Source: Eledone cirrhosa (lineage: Eukaryota). Taken from it: 64,000 bases of DNA. Location: assembly GCA_964016885.1 (NCBI GenBank), contig OZ024740.1, positions 325,748,001 through 325,812,000 on the forward strand, in the 5' to 3' direction. Both the position numbers and the translations under genes were made by a program. This document shows, one piece after another, positions 13,610 to 26,994 of the stretch; positions within the stretch are counted from its first letter, which is position 1, and each line of letters starts with the position of its first letter. Below the pieces are notes generated by a model. That model searched no databases. It was not told the DNA's origin and was given only the letters and a program-made list of their open reading frames with translations.

Positions 13610-14536
13610 CATTAGTCTTTACTTTAATTTACTGCAAATTTTCACAACAATTTTATAAGTATTTAAATTAACAAACCGCATAAAACCACATCACCAAGGC
13701 ATTCTTGAAAAATACAAAACAGCACTATGACAGCATCACATTTATTATATTAAAGTGCTAACAATAGATTGTGTGTAGTGTAAATTTATGTCATGCTGTA
13801 GAAAGGGAATGGTATGTGTGATAGAGCAAGATTAAGAGGGAAAGATAAACACAATTTTTTTTTATTTATTAAATTCATGCCTTTATGAAAAAGAGTGTTA
13901 TATGTGTCTGTGTGTATATGTGTGTATGAGGGAGAGAGAGAGAGAACCAAAAGACAAATTACTTTTTAAAACTTAGGTCATACTGTAGAAAGGGTGTATG
14001 TGAAAAAGAATGTGAAAGTGGTGGTCTTGAAATCTTTTTTAAAACCTGTTTAAATATTGGTTATCTTCAAGTAATGAGTAGAATATTCCATTTTTGGAGT
14101 TTGTCTTTTGTTAATATATTATTTGTGTTTGTCCATATATATAATGTATGTATGTGTGTATGTAAAAGGTAAACAGAAATAACTACACAAACAGTACATT
14201 ATATGGAAGGAATGTATTAGTTTAATGCTTGAAATAGCAGGAAGAGGGTCTTAACGTTTTGGACATTAGTCCTTCATCAGAAGAAAAAAATTAGAAAGAT
14301 GGAAGGGATGGGCAGGTAGGAATCTGAAAAAATGTTTTTAGAGAAAAATAACAGGTCCATTCACGTTACCATATATGTATGTGCATATATATGTATATAT
14401 ATATATATTATAAAGAGTCAGCACCCAACTCTTTATAATATAACCACACTATACTACCCCAAGTATAGAGAAACTGTTGAGTAATGGTCTACCTGTTTCA
14501 AACTGATTTATATATATATATATATATATAAATATA

Positions 14537-15228
14537 TCATCATCATCATCATCACCGTTTTACGTCCGTTCTTCCACGCTAGCATGGGTTAGATGGGTTG
14601 TCCTGTTGTGGGCAGTGTCTGGTCAGCTGACCATGTCTTGCTCATACAGGAACTGATTTGGCTTGATTTCTACAGCTGGATGCCCTTCCTAACACCGACA
14701 TCATTTACAGAGAGTGCTGGGTGCTTTTTCGTGGCGCCTACACGTCCACTTTACAGTGTGGGCTGGGTACTTTTTTGCCGTGGCACCTCCACGACCACCT
14801 TGCGGTGGGGGCATATTGTCTATATGCTTCAGCTTGTATCAATGGGAGGTCGGGTACTCTGTATTACTGCGTGACGCCAGAGATCACGGTTGTGTGTCAT
14901 TGCCTTTGAGAGGTGTAATTGGGTAAGGTTGGCATTTATCACCTCATCCCAGGTCTTCTAGGGTCTCCCCACTCCGCGGTTTCCATCGACTTCTAGTGCT
15001 CTGCACCTTTTTATGCAGATGTCATCCTTCATGCGCATCACATATCCATACCAGCGCAACCGCCTCTCCTGCACACAGCATTTGATTCCTCTTATGCTCA
15101 GTCTCCCTCTCAATTCATTTATGCTTTGTCGTTCATGTATATTACTGTTACACATCCATCGGAGCATGCAGGCTTTGTTTCTCTCTAATCTACGTAAGTC
15201 TTCCACCTTCAGCGCCCAGGTCTCACTA
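14537..15228 (-). mobile_element. RTE LINE 3' end, subfamily A (duplicated at 20404-21090)
   Basis: RRLRWYG and GRP C-terminal motifs, 3' UTR, (GAT)n tail. Confidence 0.92.
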
Positions 15229-15246
15229 TTTATATATATATATATT

Positions 15247-15281
<35 letters not shown>

Positions 15282-15372
15282 TTATATATATATTTATATA
15301 TATATTTATATATATATTTATATATATATATTTATATATATATATTTATATTTATATTTATATTTATATATT

Positions 15373-15403
<31 letters not shown>

Positions 15404-15452
15404 ATTTATATTTATATATATATATTTATATTTATATATATATATTTATATT

Positions 15453-15484
<32 letters not shown>

Positions 15485-15562
15485 TATATATATTTATTTA
15501 TATATATTTATATATATATATTTATATATATATATTTATATATATATATTTATACATATATT

Positions 15563-15593
<31 letters not shown>

Positions 15594-15594
<1 letters not shown>

Positions 15595-18500
15595 CGATAT
15601 TAATAAATGGAAACTATATTTATAAAACCATATTTATTTCATTATACATATTTCAGGGATACCACATTAAATTATGGTATGCCTTCATGAGACAAAATAC
15701 AATATATAACAGTTTTACAAATAGGTTTGACGTACCCTTTAAAATACAACCATTACTTTTGGAGGCTGTCTGGATAGTGATTTGTTTATATAATAAGTCA
15801 TAGTGTTAAGCACAATTAGAAAAAGACGGAGAGAAAGAAAAAAAGACGGAGAGAGAGAAAAGAACAAAGACAGAGAGAGGGAAAGAAAAGAGAAATATCG
15901 GAGAGAGAGAGAAATGTATGGAGAAAAGAGATAGATAAGGATAGGAGGAAATAAAAAAGAAAGAAAAGGAAGGAATAAGAAAAACAAAGGAAAGCAACAG
16001 AGAGATATCAAGTCATCATACAGAAAGAAAAACTCAAGAGAGAGAAATACTATATAGAGAGAGGGGGACAGTGACAACTTTACGTCATGTCATATTAAGT
16101 TGAGTTAACAATTTATATGAAATGAATAATAAAAATATAAATATAAGTATCAATATTCATGAATGGGACATAGATATATAATATGAGAAATTAAACATTG
16201 TTCAATAATGACCATATGTTTAGTTTAGAAACTTGAGATCAATATACCAAAATCTGAGTTCAAAATGTACCCTTGTTATAGAGATTAGTATTTTATGCAG
16301 ATATATATGTATATATACATACAGATATATATGTATATATACATACATATAGATACGCACGTCCTGAAAATAGAAATTATGTTTACTCAAGCCAACAATA
16401 TAGCCATACGAAACGTAAATGATTTCTCTTAATCATTGCTATATAGTCATTGTGTTATAAAAATTTCACAGTATATATATACAAATATATACGATTAACA
16501 ATCATGTCCTCATATATACGATTACCATTCATGTGTTTAATATTATGCACATCTGCAACATACCTCTCAACCACATAGATATATACACATACATATATAC
16601 ACATACATATATACACATACATATGTATAAATAAATATTTGCGTGCGTCCTCATGCATCACTCATGTATATATACAGACACATATACAAACACAAAAAAT
16701 CTATAACACTTTCTATGCATGTTAATACACACATATGCATTTGTATAGAGATAATCCAATATCAATAAATTACCAAAGGATTATAATTTGTAAATATAAC
16801 CATAGCAATACAAATTTAAAATACCAAAGGACTATATTTTGGAAATGCAACTATATAGTCAAAAGAAATCTAGAAATATCAAAGCATTAAATATCATTAA
16901 AACACTATAGAGTATCTTAAGTTAAAATAATATGTTTTATATATTTAGTATAGAAATTTATCCTACGTATATCTCAATCAAGATATTGAGAGGGTAGACT
17001 TGTGAAAGTTATGAGAAGCTATCATAATCAAAACAAATAAATAAAAATAATTTAAAAGATTTAAAAAATTTAAAAAACCCAATGATTCTACAGATAACCT
17101 TATATTTAATATAGAAATTTACCTTACGTATATTTTATTTAATACACTGGAAGTATAGACATTTTAGAGTAGTTTATTATATCCATGTTTATATTTAGGA
17201 AGAAAGTTTAAAAAGAAAAAGGTGAAGGAATCTAATGGATTATCGACAGGTTCCATATATTAACTAAAATTACTTAATTAATTATACTACATTTTAAATT
17301 TATATTTAAACGTTGAGTTCAATCTATGTCTGCAGCAACTGAATAAATTGTTCCTCAGATTAAGGGAATTTTTGGACTTTAATATAAAGAATATTTCTTC
17401 AATACAAAGATACCTGGGTGACAAAATCAGCAGCGGGGGAGGGTGCTCTGAAAGTACAGTAGCTAGAGTCAGAACTGGATGGAAAAAGTTCAGAGAGCTT
17501 ATACCACTATTAGCCGCTAAAGGGTTCTCCCTAAAAATGAAAGGCAGGTTGTATGATGCCTGCATACGAACAGCAATGTTGCATGGCAGTGAGACCTGGG
17601 CATTGTGTGCAGAGGATATACGCAGACTAGAGAGGAACGAAGCTTGCATGCTCCGCTGGATGTGTAATAGTAATATACGTGAACGGCAAAGCATAAACGA
17701 ACTAAGGAAAAAATTAGAAATAAGAGGGATCAGATGTTGTTTACTCGAGAGAAGGCTACGTTGGTATGGTCACGTGATGCGCATGAAAGACGACAGCTGT
17801 ATAGCAAAGTGCAGGGCATAAAGATAGATGGTAGCCACGGAGTAGGCAGACCCAGAAAAACCTGGGACGAGCTGATAAATTCCGACCTCACACACTTACA
17901 CCTCTCCAAGACAATGTCACTGGACCGAGACCTTTGGCGGTACTCAGTAATAGAGAAGACCCACCTTACCTAAATACAAAGTAAAACCTACTACAGTCGG
18001 CAGGCATCTCTAACAAAATACACCCCCGTCCCACCACCCCGCCCCTTTCAATGTAAAGTTATGTTGGTGCCACAACATCCAGGCCGAAACATATGAGATC
18101 GTGTAGGTGTCATGACAAAAAAAACACAGTCCACGCTGTAATGTGGCCATGTAGGTAACACGGTAAAAACCTCCCAGTCCCACACTGTAAATGTGGTTGG
18201 TGTTAGGAAGGGCATCCAGCTGTAGAAAACCTGCCAGACAGTCCACACTGTAATGTGGCCGTGTAGGCAACACGGTAAAAACCTCCCAGCCCCACACTGT
18301 AAATGTGGTTGGTGTTAGGAAGGGCATCCAACTGTAGAAAATCCGCCAGACAGTCCTATGTGAGCAAGACAACCACTCTTGCCTCAAGTGGGAAAACTCC
18401 CATCCAAACCCATGCAAGCGTGGAACATGGACGTTAAACGATGATGATGATGATGAAACTTCACAATTTTCTGAAGAGGAATTAAAAGGAGTAGCTTTTG

Positions 18501-18803
18501 AAATAATATTCCAATTCAACAAATATTTAATATTATCTCGTTTTAGGTCCCATAGTAGGCTAGATAGCGAAGTTGAAGATTTTTTGTTTGGATCTGTGAA
18601 AGAATTCTTATGATTATTGAAGCGAAATTTAAATTCTGTAGAGGTGGAACCAACATAGTTAAATGAATTTAAATTAGTTTTAACATTACAATTGTACACT
18701 ACATTTTTAGCTAAGCAGTTGTTACTTAACGGACAGTTAGATTTATTTCTACAGTTACAGTTATTTAATTGAATATTGTTTGGGTTATTATTGGTAAAAT
18801 AAT
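15594..18803 (-). mobile_element. Penelope-like element 3' part (GIY-YIG endonuclease and 3' region), split by an RTE insertion; duplicated at 21456-24665
   Basis: VYNC...YVGST...FKFRFNNHK...W...CEV joined to CIEEIFFIL...LN.RNNLFSCCRH once 17409-18455 is removed; degenerate hammerhead near its 3' end. Confidence 0.85.
17409..18455 (+). mobile_element. RTE LINE, 5'-truncated, subfamily B (duplicated at 23271-24317)
   Basis: YLG, GSETW and RRLRWYGHV motifs; (GAT)n tail; possible AAA target duplication. Confidence 0.92.
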
Positions 18804-20080
18804 AACTCCTCCGTTATTGCCTGCAGGACTATGATGAACAGGAGAGGGCTAAGGACAGAGCCCTGGTGGACCCCAACCTGTACGCTAAATTCCTCGCTAT
18901 ACTCATTGTTAATCCTAACTTTGCTGACTGCTCCCCTATACATGGCTTGTACCGCTTTCACAAGCCATTCATCTACTTCTAGTTTTCTAAGAGCCCACCA
19001 GATTACAGCACGTGGAACTCTGTCAAAGGCTTTCTCAAGGTCGACAAATGCCAAGTAGAGTGGCTTACTTTTAGCTAGGTACTTTTCCTGTAATTGCCTC
19101 ACAAGGAAGAGGGCATCAGTGGTGCCTCTTCCTGGTACAAACCCAAATTGCATCTCGTCTATATTCACCCGGTCCCTAATCAGCTGTGCTATAACTCTTT
19201 CTGTTACTTTCATGACCTGGTCCATCAACTTTATACCTCTATAGTTTCCTCTATCTAGTGCATCGCCTTTACCTTTGTAGCAGTTGACAATGATGCTACT
19301 GCACCAATCTTTTGGTATGGCCCCTTCTAGTATTACCTGGTTAACGATACGTGTGGTTATAGTGTGACCTACAGACCCAGATGCCCTCAGCATCTCGGCA
19401 GCTATACCCGATGGACCGGTTGCCTTCCCCATCTTCATATCTTTGATTGCCTTACTTACTACACTGCTGCTGACTTGTACTGCTGGTCCCTCTATAGGGT
19501 CTACTTGGGGTAGGGTCTCTTCTTCCCATGCATTCTCCTCATTTAGTAATCTATCATAATGACTCTTCCATGCATCTTTCTTCTCAGCACTTGTGAGGGC
19601 AAGCTCACCTTTATCATTCCGGATACACTTCTCTCCAATGACATCGCAACTATCTCTGACACACTGCCTCGCAATCTTGAATACCTCCTGTTTCTGGTCC
19701 TCACGTTGTAAAACATGCTTGAATTTTCTATCCTCTACTTCCCTCCTAGCTAAGTATACTTGTCGCCTAGCTTCCCTCTTGGTCTCTATGTAATGTACCC
19801 TGCTCCCTCAGTTCTTCCATTCTTTCCATGCCTGTCTCTTGGCCTTATCTGCTTCATCTACCTTATTGTTCCACCACCAAGTCACTCTCCTCCTGCTTGA
19901 GGTCTTACTCCAGCCACAGACCTCATCCGTCGCCTCTAGTAAATTATTTTTTAGGAACTCCCAGTTCTCTTCTACGTTAAATGTCTCTATCTGTTCTTCT
20001 TTACTATCGTAGGCGTTGAGTAAAATATCTTTAAATCTGTTACTGGTTGAGGGGACTTTCAGCTTCCAGATCTTTCTTCT
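18804..20080 (-). mobile_element. RTE LINE internal RT fragment (duplicated at 24666-25942)
   Basis: NYRGIKL, QFGF, FVDLEKAFDRV and GVHQGSVLSP motifs. Confidence 0.93.
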
Positions 20081-21108
20081 ATATATTTATATATATATAT
20101 TTATATATTTATATAGGCATACCATATTTTTAATATGATATCCCTGAAATATATATAATGAAATAAATATGGTTTTATAAATAAAGTTTCCATTTGTTTA
20201 ATATCGTATATATTTATATATATATTTATATATATATTTATATATATATTTATATTTATATATATATTTATATATATTTATATATATACATATTTATATA
20301 TATATATATATATATTTATATATTTATATATATTTATATATTTATATATATTTATATATATATATATATTTATATATATATTTATATATATATATTTATA
20401 TATATCATCATCATCACCGTTTTACGTCCGTTCTTCTACGCTAGCATGGGTTAGATGGGTTGTCCTGTTGTGGGCAGTGTCTGGTCAGCTGACCATGTCT
20501 TGCTCATACAGGAACTGATTTGGCTTGATTTCTACAGCTGGATGCCCTTCCTAACACCGACATCATTTACAGAGAGTGCTGGGTGCTTTTTCGTGGCGCC
20601 TACACGTCCACTTTACAGTGTGGGCTGGGTACTTTTTTGCCGTGGCACCTCCACGACCACCTTGCGGTGGGGGCATATTGTCTATATGCTTCAGCTTGTA
20701 TCAATGGGAGGTCGGGTACTCTGTATTACTGCGTGACGCCAGAGATCACGGTTGTGTGTCATTGCCTTTGAGAGGTGTAATTGGGTAAGGTTGGCATTTA
20801 TCACCTCATCCCAGGTCTTCTAGGGTCTCCCCACTCCGCGGTTTCCATCGACTTCTAGTGCTCTGCACCTTTTTATGCAGATGTCATCCTTCATGCGCAT
20901 CACATATCCATACCAGCGCAACCGCCTCTCCTGCACACAGCATTTGATTCCTCTTATGCTCAGTCTCCCTCTCAATTCATTTATGCTTTGTCGTTCATGT
21001 ATATTACTGTTACACATCCATCGGAGCATGCAGGCTTTGTTTCTCTCTAATCTACGTAAGTCTTCCACCTTCAGCGCCCAGGTCTCACTATTTATATATA
21101 TATATATT

Positions 21109-21143
<35 letters not shown>

Positions 21144-21234
21144 TTATATATATATTTATATATATATTTATATATATATTTATATATATATATTTATATA
21201 TATATATTTATATTTATATTTATATTTATATATT

Positions 21235-21265
<31 letters not shown>

Positions 21266-21314
21266 ATTTATATTTATATATATATATTTATATTTATATA
21301 TATATATTTATATT

Positions 21315-21346
<32 letters not shown>

Positions 21347-21424
21347 TATATATATTTATTTATATATATTTATATATATATATTTATATATATATATTTA
21401 TATATATATATTTATACATATATT

Positions 21425-21456
<32 letters not shown>

Positions 21457-24400
21457 CGATATTAATAAATGGAAACTATATTTATAAAACCATATTTATT
21501 TCATTATACATATTTCAGGGATACCACATTAAATTATGGTATGCCTTCATGAGACAAAATACAATATATAACAGTTTTACAAATAGGTTTGACGTACCCT
21601 TTAAAATACAACCATTACTTTTGGAGGCTGTCTGGATAGTGATTTGTTTATATAATAAGTCATAGTGTTAAGCACAATTAGAAAAAGACGGAGAGAAAGA
21701 AAAAAAGACGGAGAGAGAGAAAAGAACAAAGACAGAGAGAGGGAAAGAAAAGAGAAATATCGGAGAGAGAGAGAAATGTATGGAGAAAAGAGATAGATAA
21801 GGATAGGAGGAAATAAAAAAGAAAGAAAAGGAAGGAATAAGAAAAACAAAGGAAAGCAACAGAGAGATATCAAGTCATCATACAGAAAGAAAAACTCAAG
21901 AGAGAGAAATACTATATAGAGAGAGGGGGACAGTGACAACTTTACGTCATGTCATATTAAGTTGAGTTAACAATTTATATGAAATGAATAATAAAAATAT
22001 AAATATAAGTATCAATATTCATGAATGGGACATAGATATATAATATGAGAAATTAAACATTGTTCAATAATGACCATATGTTTAGTTTAGAAACTTGAGA
22101 TCAATATACCAAAATCTGAGTTCAAAATGTACCCTTGTTATAGAGATTAGTATTTTATGCAGATATATATGTATATATACATACAGATATATATGTATAT
22201 ATACATACATATAGATACGCACGTCCTGAAAATAGAAATTATGTTTACTCAAGCCAACAATATAGCCATACGAAACGTAAATGATTTCTCTTAATCATTG
22301 CTATATAGTCATTGTGTTATAAAAATTTCACAGTATATATATACAAATATATACGATTAACAATCATGTCCTCATATATACGATTACCATTCATGTGTTT
22401 AATATTATGCACATCTGCAACATACCTCTCAACCACATAGATATATACACATACATATATACACATACATATATACACATACATATGTATAAATAAATAT
22501 TTGCGTGCGTCCTCATGCATCACTCATGTATATATACAGACACATATACAAACACAAAAAATCTATAACACTTTCTATGCATGTTAATACACACATATGC
22601 ATTTGTATAGAGATAATCCAATATCAATAAATTACCAAAGGATTATAATTTGTAAATATAACCATAGCAATACAAATTTAAAATACCAAAGGACTATATT
22701 TTGGAAATGCAACTATATAGTCAAAAGAAATCTAGAAATATCAAAGCATTAAATATCATTAAAACACTATAGAGTATCTTAAGTTAAAATAATATGTTTT
22801 ATATATTTAGTATAGAAATTTATCCTACGTATATCTCAATCAAGATATTGAGAGGGTAGACTTGTGAAAGTTATGAGAAGCTATCATAATCAAAACAAAT
22901 AAATAAAAATAATTTAAAAGATTTAAAAAATTTAAAAAACCCAATGATTCTACAGATAACCTTATATTTAATATAGAAATTTACCTTACGTATATTTTAT
23001 TTAATACACTGGAAGTATAGACATTTTAGAGTAGTTTATTATATCCATGTTTATATTTAGGAAGAAAGTTTAAAAAGAAAAAGGTGAAGGAATCTAATGG
23101 ATTATCGACAGGTTCCATATATTAACTAAAATTACTTAATTAATTATACTACATTTTAAATTTATATTTAAACGTTGAGTTCAATCTATGTCTGCAGCAA
23201 CTGAATAAATTGTTCCTCAGATTAAGGGAATTTTTGGACTTTAATATAAAGAATATTTCTTCAATACAAAGATACCTGGGTGACAAAATCAGCAGCGGGG
23301 GAGGGTGCTCTGAAAGTACAGTAGCTAGAGTCAGAACTGGATGGAAAAAGTTCAGAGAGCTTATACCACTATTAGCCGCTAAAGGGTTCTCCCTAAAAAT
23401 GAAAGGCAGGTTGTATGATGCCTGCATACGAACAGCAATGTTGCATGGCAGTGAGACCTGGGCATTGTGTGCAGAGGATATACGCAGACTAGAGAGGAAC
23501 GAAGCTTGCATGCTCCGCTGGATGTGTAATAGTAATATACGTGAACGGCAAAGCATAAACGAACTAAGGAAAAAATTAGAAATAAGAGGGATCAGATGTT
23601 GTTTACTCGAGAGAAGGCTACGTTGGTATGGTCACGTGATGCGCATGAAAGACGACAGCTGTATAGCAAAGTGCAGGGCATAAAGATAGATGGTAGCCAC
23701 GGAGTAGGCAGACCCAGAAAAACCTGGGACGAGCTGATAAATTCCGACCTCACACACTTACACCTCTCCAAGACAATGTCACTGGACCGAGACCTTTGGC
23801 GGTACTCAGTAATAGAGAAGACCCACCTTACCTAAATACAAAGTAAAACCTACTACAGTCGGCAGGCATCTCTAACAAAATACACCCCCGTCCCACCACC
23901 CCGCCCCTTTCAATGTAAAGTTATGTTGGTGCCACAACATCCAGGCCGAAACATATGAGATCGTGTAGGTGTCATGACAAAAAAAACACAGTCCACGCTG
24001 TAATGTGGCCATGTAGGTAACACGGTAAAAACCTCCCAGTCCCACACTGTAAATGTGGTTGGTGTTAGGAAGGGCATCCAGCTGTAGAAAACCTGCCAGA
24101 CAGTCCACACTGTAATGTGGCCGTGTAGGCAACACGGTAAAAACCTCCCAGCCCCACACTGTAAATGTGGTTGGTGTTAGGAAGGGCATCCAACTGTAGA
24201 AAATCCGCCAGACAGTCCTATGTGAGCAAGACAACCACTCTTGCCTCAAGTGGGAAAACTCCCATCCAAACCCATGCAAGCGTGGAACATGGACGTTAAA
24301 CGATGATGATGATGATGAAACTTCACAATTTTCTGAAGAGGAATTAAAAGGAGTAGCTTTTGAAATAATATTCCAATTCAACAAATATTTAATATTATCT

Positions 24401-26255
24401 CGTTTTAGGTCCCATAGTAGGCTAGATAGCGAAGTTGAAGATTTTTTGTTTGGATCTGTGAAAGAATTCTTATGATTATTGAAGCGAAATTTAAATTCTG
24501 TAGAGGTGGAACCAACATAGTTAAATGAATTTAAATTAGTTTTAACATTACAATTGTACACTACATTTTTAGCTAAGCAGTTGTTACTTAACGGACAGTT
24601 AGATTTATTTCTACAGTTACAGTTATTTAATTGAATATTGTTTGGGTTATTATTGGTAAAATAATAACTCCTCCGTTATTGCCTGCAGGACTATGATGAA
24701 CAGGAGAGGGCTAAGGACAGAGCCCTGGTGGACCCCAACCTGTACGCTAAATTCCTCGCTATACTCATTGTTAATCCTAACTTTGCTGACTGCTCCCCTA
24801 TACATGGCTTGTACCGCTTTCACAAGCCATTCATCTACTTCTAGTTTTCTAAGAGCCCACCAGATTACAGCACGTGGAACTCTGTCAAAGGCTTTCTCAA
24901 GGTCGACAAATGCCAAGTAGAGTGGCTTACTTTTAGCTAGGTACTTTTCCTGTAATTGCCTCACAAGGAAGAGGGCATCAGTGGTGCCTCTTCCTGGTAC
25001 AAACCCAAATTGCATCTCGTCTATATTCACCCGGTCCCTAATCAGCTGTGCTATAACTCTTTCTGTTACTTTCATGACCTGGTCCATCAACTTTATACCT
25101 CTATAGTTTCCTCTATCTAGTGCATCGCCTTTACCTTTGTAGCAGTTGACAATGATGCTACTGCACCAATCTTTTGGTATGGCCCCTTCTAGTATTACCT
25201 GGTTAACGATACGTGTGGTTATAGTGTGACCTACAGACCCAGATGCCCTCAGCATCTCGGCAGCTATACCCGATGGACCGGTTGCCTTCCCCATCTTCAT
25301 ATCTTTGATTGCCTTACTTACTACACTGCTGCTGACTTGTACTGCTGGTCCCTCTATAGGGTCTACTTGGGGTAGGGTCTCTTCTTCCCATGCATTCTCC
25401 TCATTTAGTAATCTATCATAATGACTCTTCCATGCATCTTTCTTCTCAGCACTTGTGAGGGCAAGCTCACCTTTATCATTCCGGATACACTTCTCTCCAA
25501 TGACATCGCAACTATCTCTGACACACTGCCTCGCAATCTTGAATACCTCCTGTTTCTGGTCCTCACGTTGTAAAACATGCTTGAATTTTCTATCCTCTAC
25601 TTCCCTCCTAGCTAAGTATACTTGTCGCCTAGCTTCCCTCTTGGTCTCTATGTAATGTACCCTGCTCCCTCAGTTCTTCCATTCTTTCCATGCCTGTCTC
25701 TTGGCCTTATCTGCTTCATCTACCTTATTGTTCCACCACCAAGTCACTCTCCTCCTGCTTGAGGTCTTACTCCAGCCACAGACCTCATCCGTCGCCTCTA
25801 GTAAATTATTTTTTAGGAACTCCCAGTTCTCTTCTACGTTAAATGTCTCTATCTGTTCTTCTTTACTATCGTAGGCGTTGAGTAAAATATCTTTAAATCT
25901 GTTACTGGTTGAGGGGACTTTCAGCTTCCAGATCTTTCTTCTATATATTTATATATATATATTTATATATTTATATAGGCATACCATATTTTTAATATGA
26001 TATCCCTGAAATATATATAATGAAATAAATATGGTTTTATAAATAAAGTTTCCATTTGTTTAATATCGTATATATTTATATATATATTTATATATATATT
26101 TATATATATATTTATATTTATATATATATTTATATATATTTATATATATACATATTTATATATATATATATATATATTTATATATTTATATATATTTATA
26201 TATTTATATATATATATATATTTATATATATATTTATATATATATATTTATATAT

Positions 26256-26525
26256 ATCATCATCATCACCGTTTTACGTCCGTTCTTCTACGCTAGCATG
26301 GGTTAGACGGGTTGTCCTGTTGTGGGCAGTGTCTGGTCGGCTGACCATGCCTTGCTCATACAGGAACTGATTTGGCTTGATTTCTACAGCTGGATGCCCT
26401 TCCTAACACCAACCTCATTTACAGTGAGTGCTGGGTGCTTTTTCGTGGCACCTACACATCCACTTTACAGTGTGGGCTGGGTGCTTTTTTGCCGTGGCAC
26501 CTCCACGACCACCTTGCAGTGGGGG
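26256..26525 (-). mobile_element. RTE subfamily A 3' UTR fragment
   Basis: matches 14537-14810 with scattered SNPs. Confidence 0.85.
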
Positions 26526-26574
26526 ATATATATATGTATATTTATTTATATATATATATTTATTTATATATATA

Positions 26575-26609
<35 letters not shown>

Positions 26610-26776
26610 TTATATATATATATATATTTATTTATTTATATATATATATATATTTATTTATATATATATATATATTTATTTATATATATATATATATATA
26701 TTTATTTATATACATATATATATATTTATTTATATACATATATATATATATTTATTTATATACATATATATATATA

Positions 26777-26815
<39 letters not shown>

Positions 26816-26904
26816 TTATATACATATATATATATATTTATTTATATACATATATATATATATTTATTTATATATATATATATATATTTATTTATATATA
26901 TATA

Positions 26905-26963
<59 letters not shown>

Positions 26964-26994
26964 TTATTTATATATATATATTTATATATATTTA

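Larger units (their letters stand above)
14576..26289. repeat. tandem duplication of a 5862-bp unit (two copies)
   Basis: ORFs from 14593 to 19793 recur with identical translation at +5862; the AT tract at the end of the unit differs by 10 bp. Confidence 0.97.

Noticed and set aside
14593-14926. Recurrent short ORFs ([10 protein letters not shown]..., [10 protein letters not shown]) at many loci
   Set aside because: They are antisense readings of the shared RTE/SINE 3' module, not a gene family.
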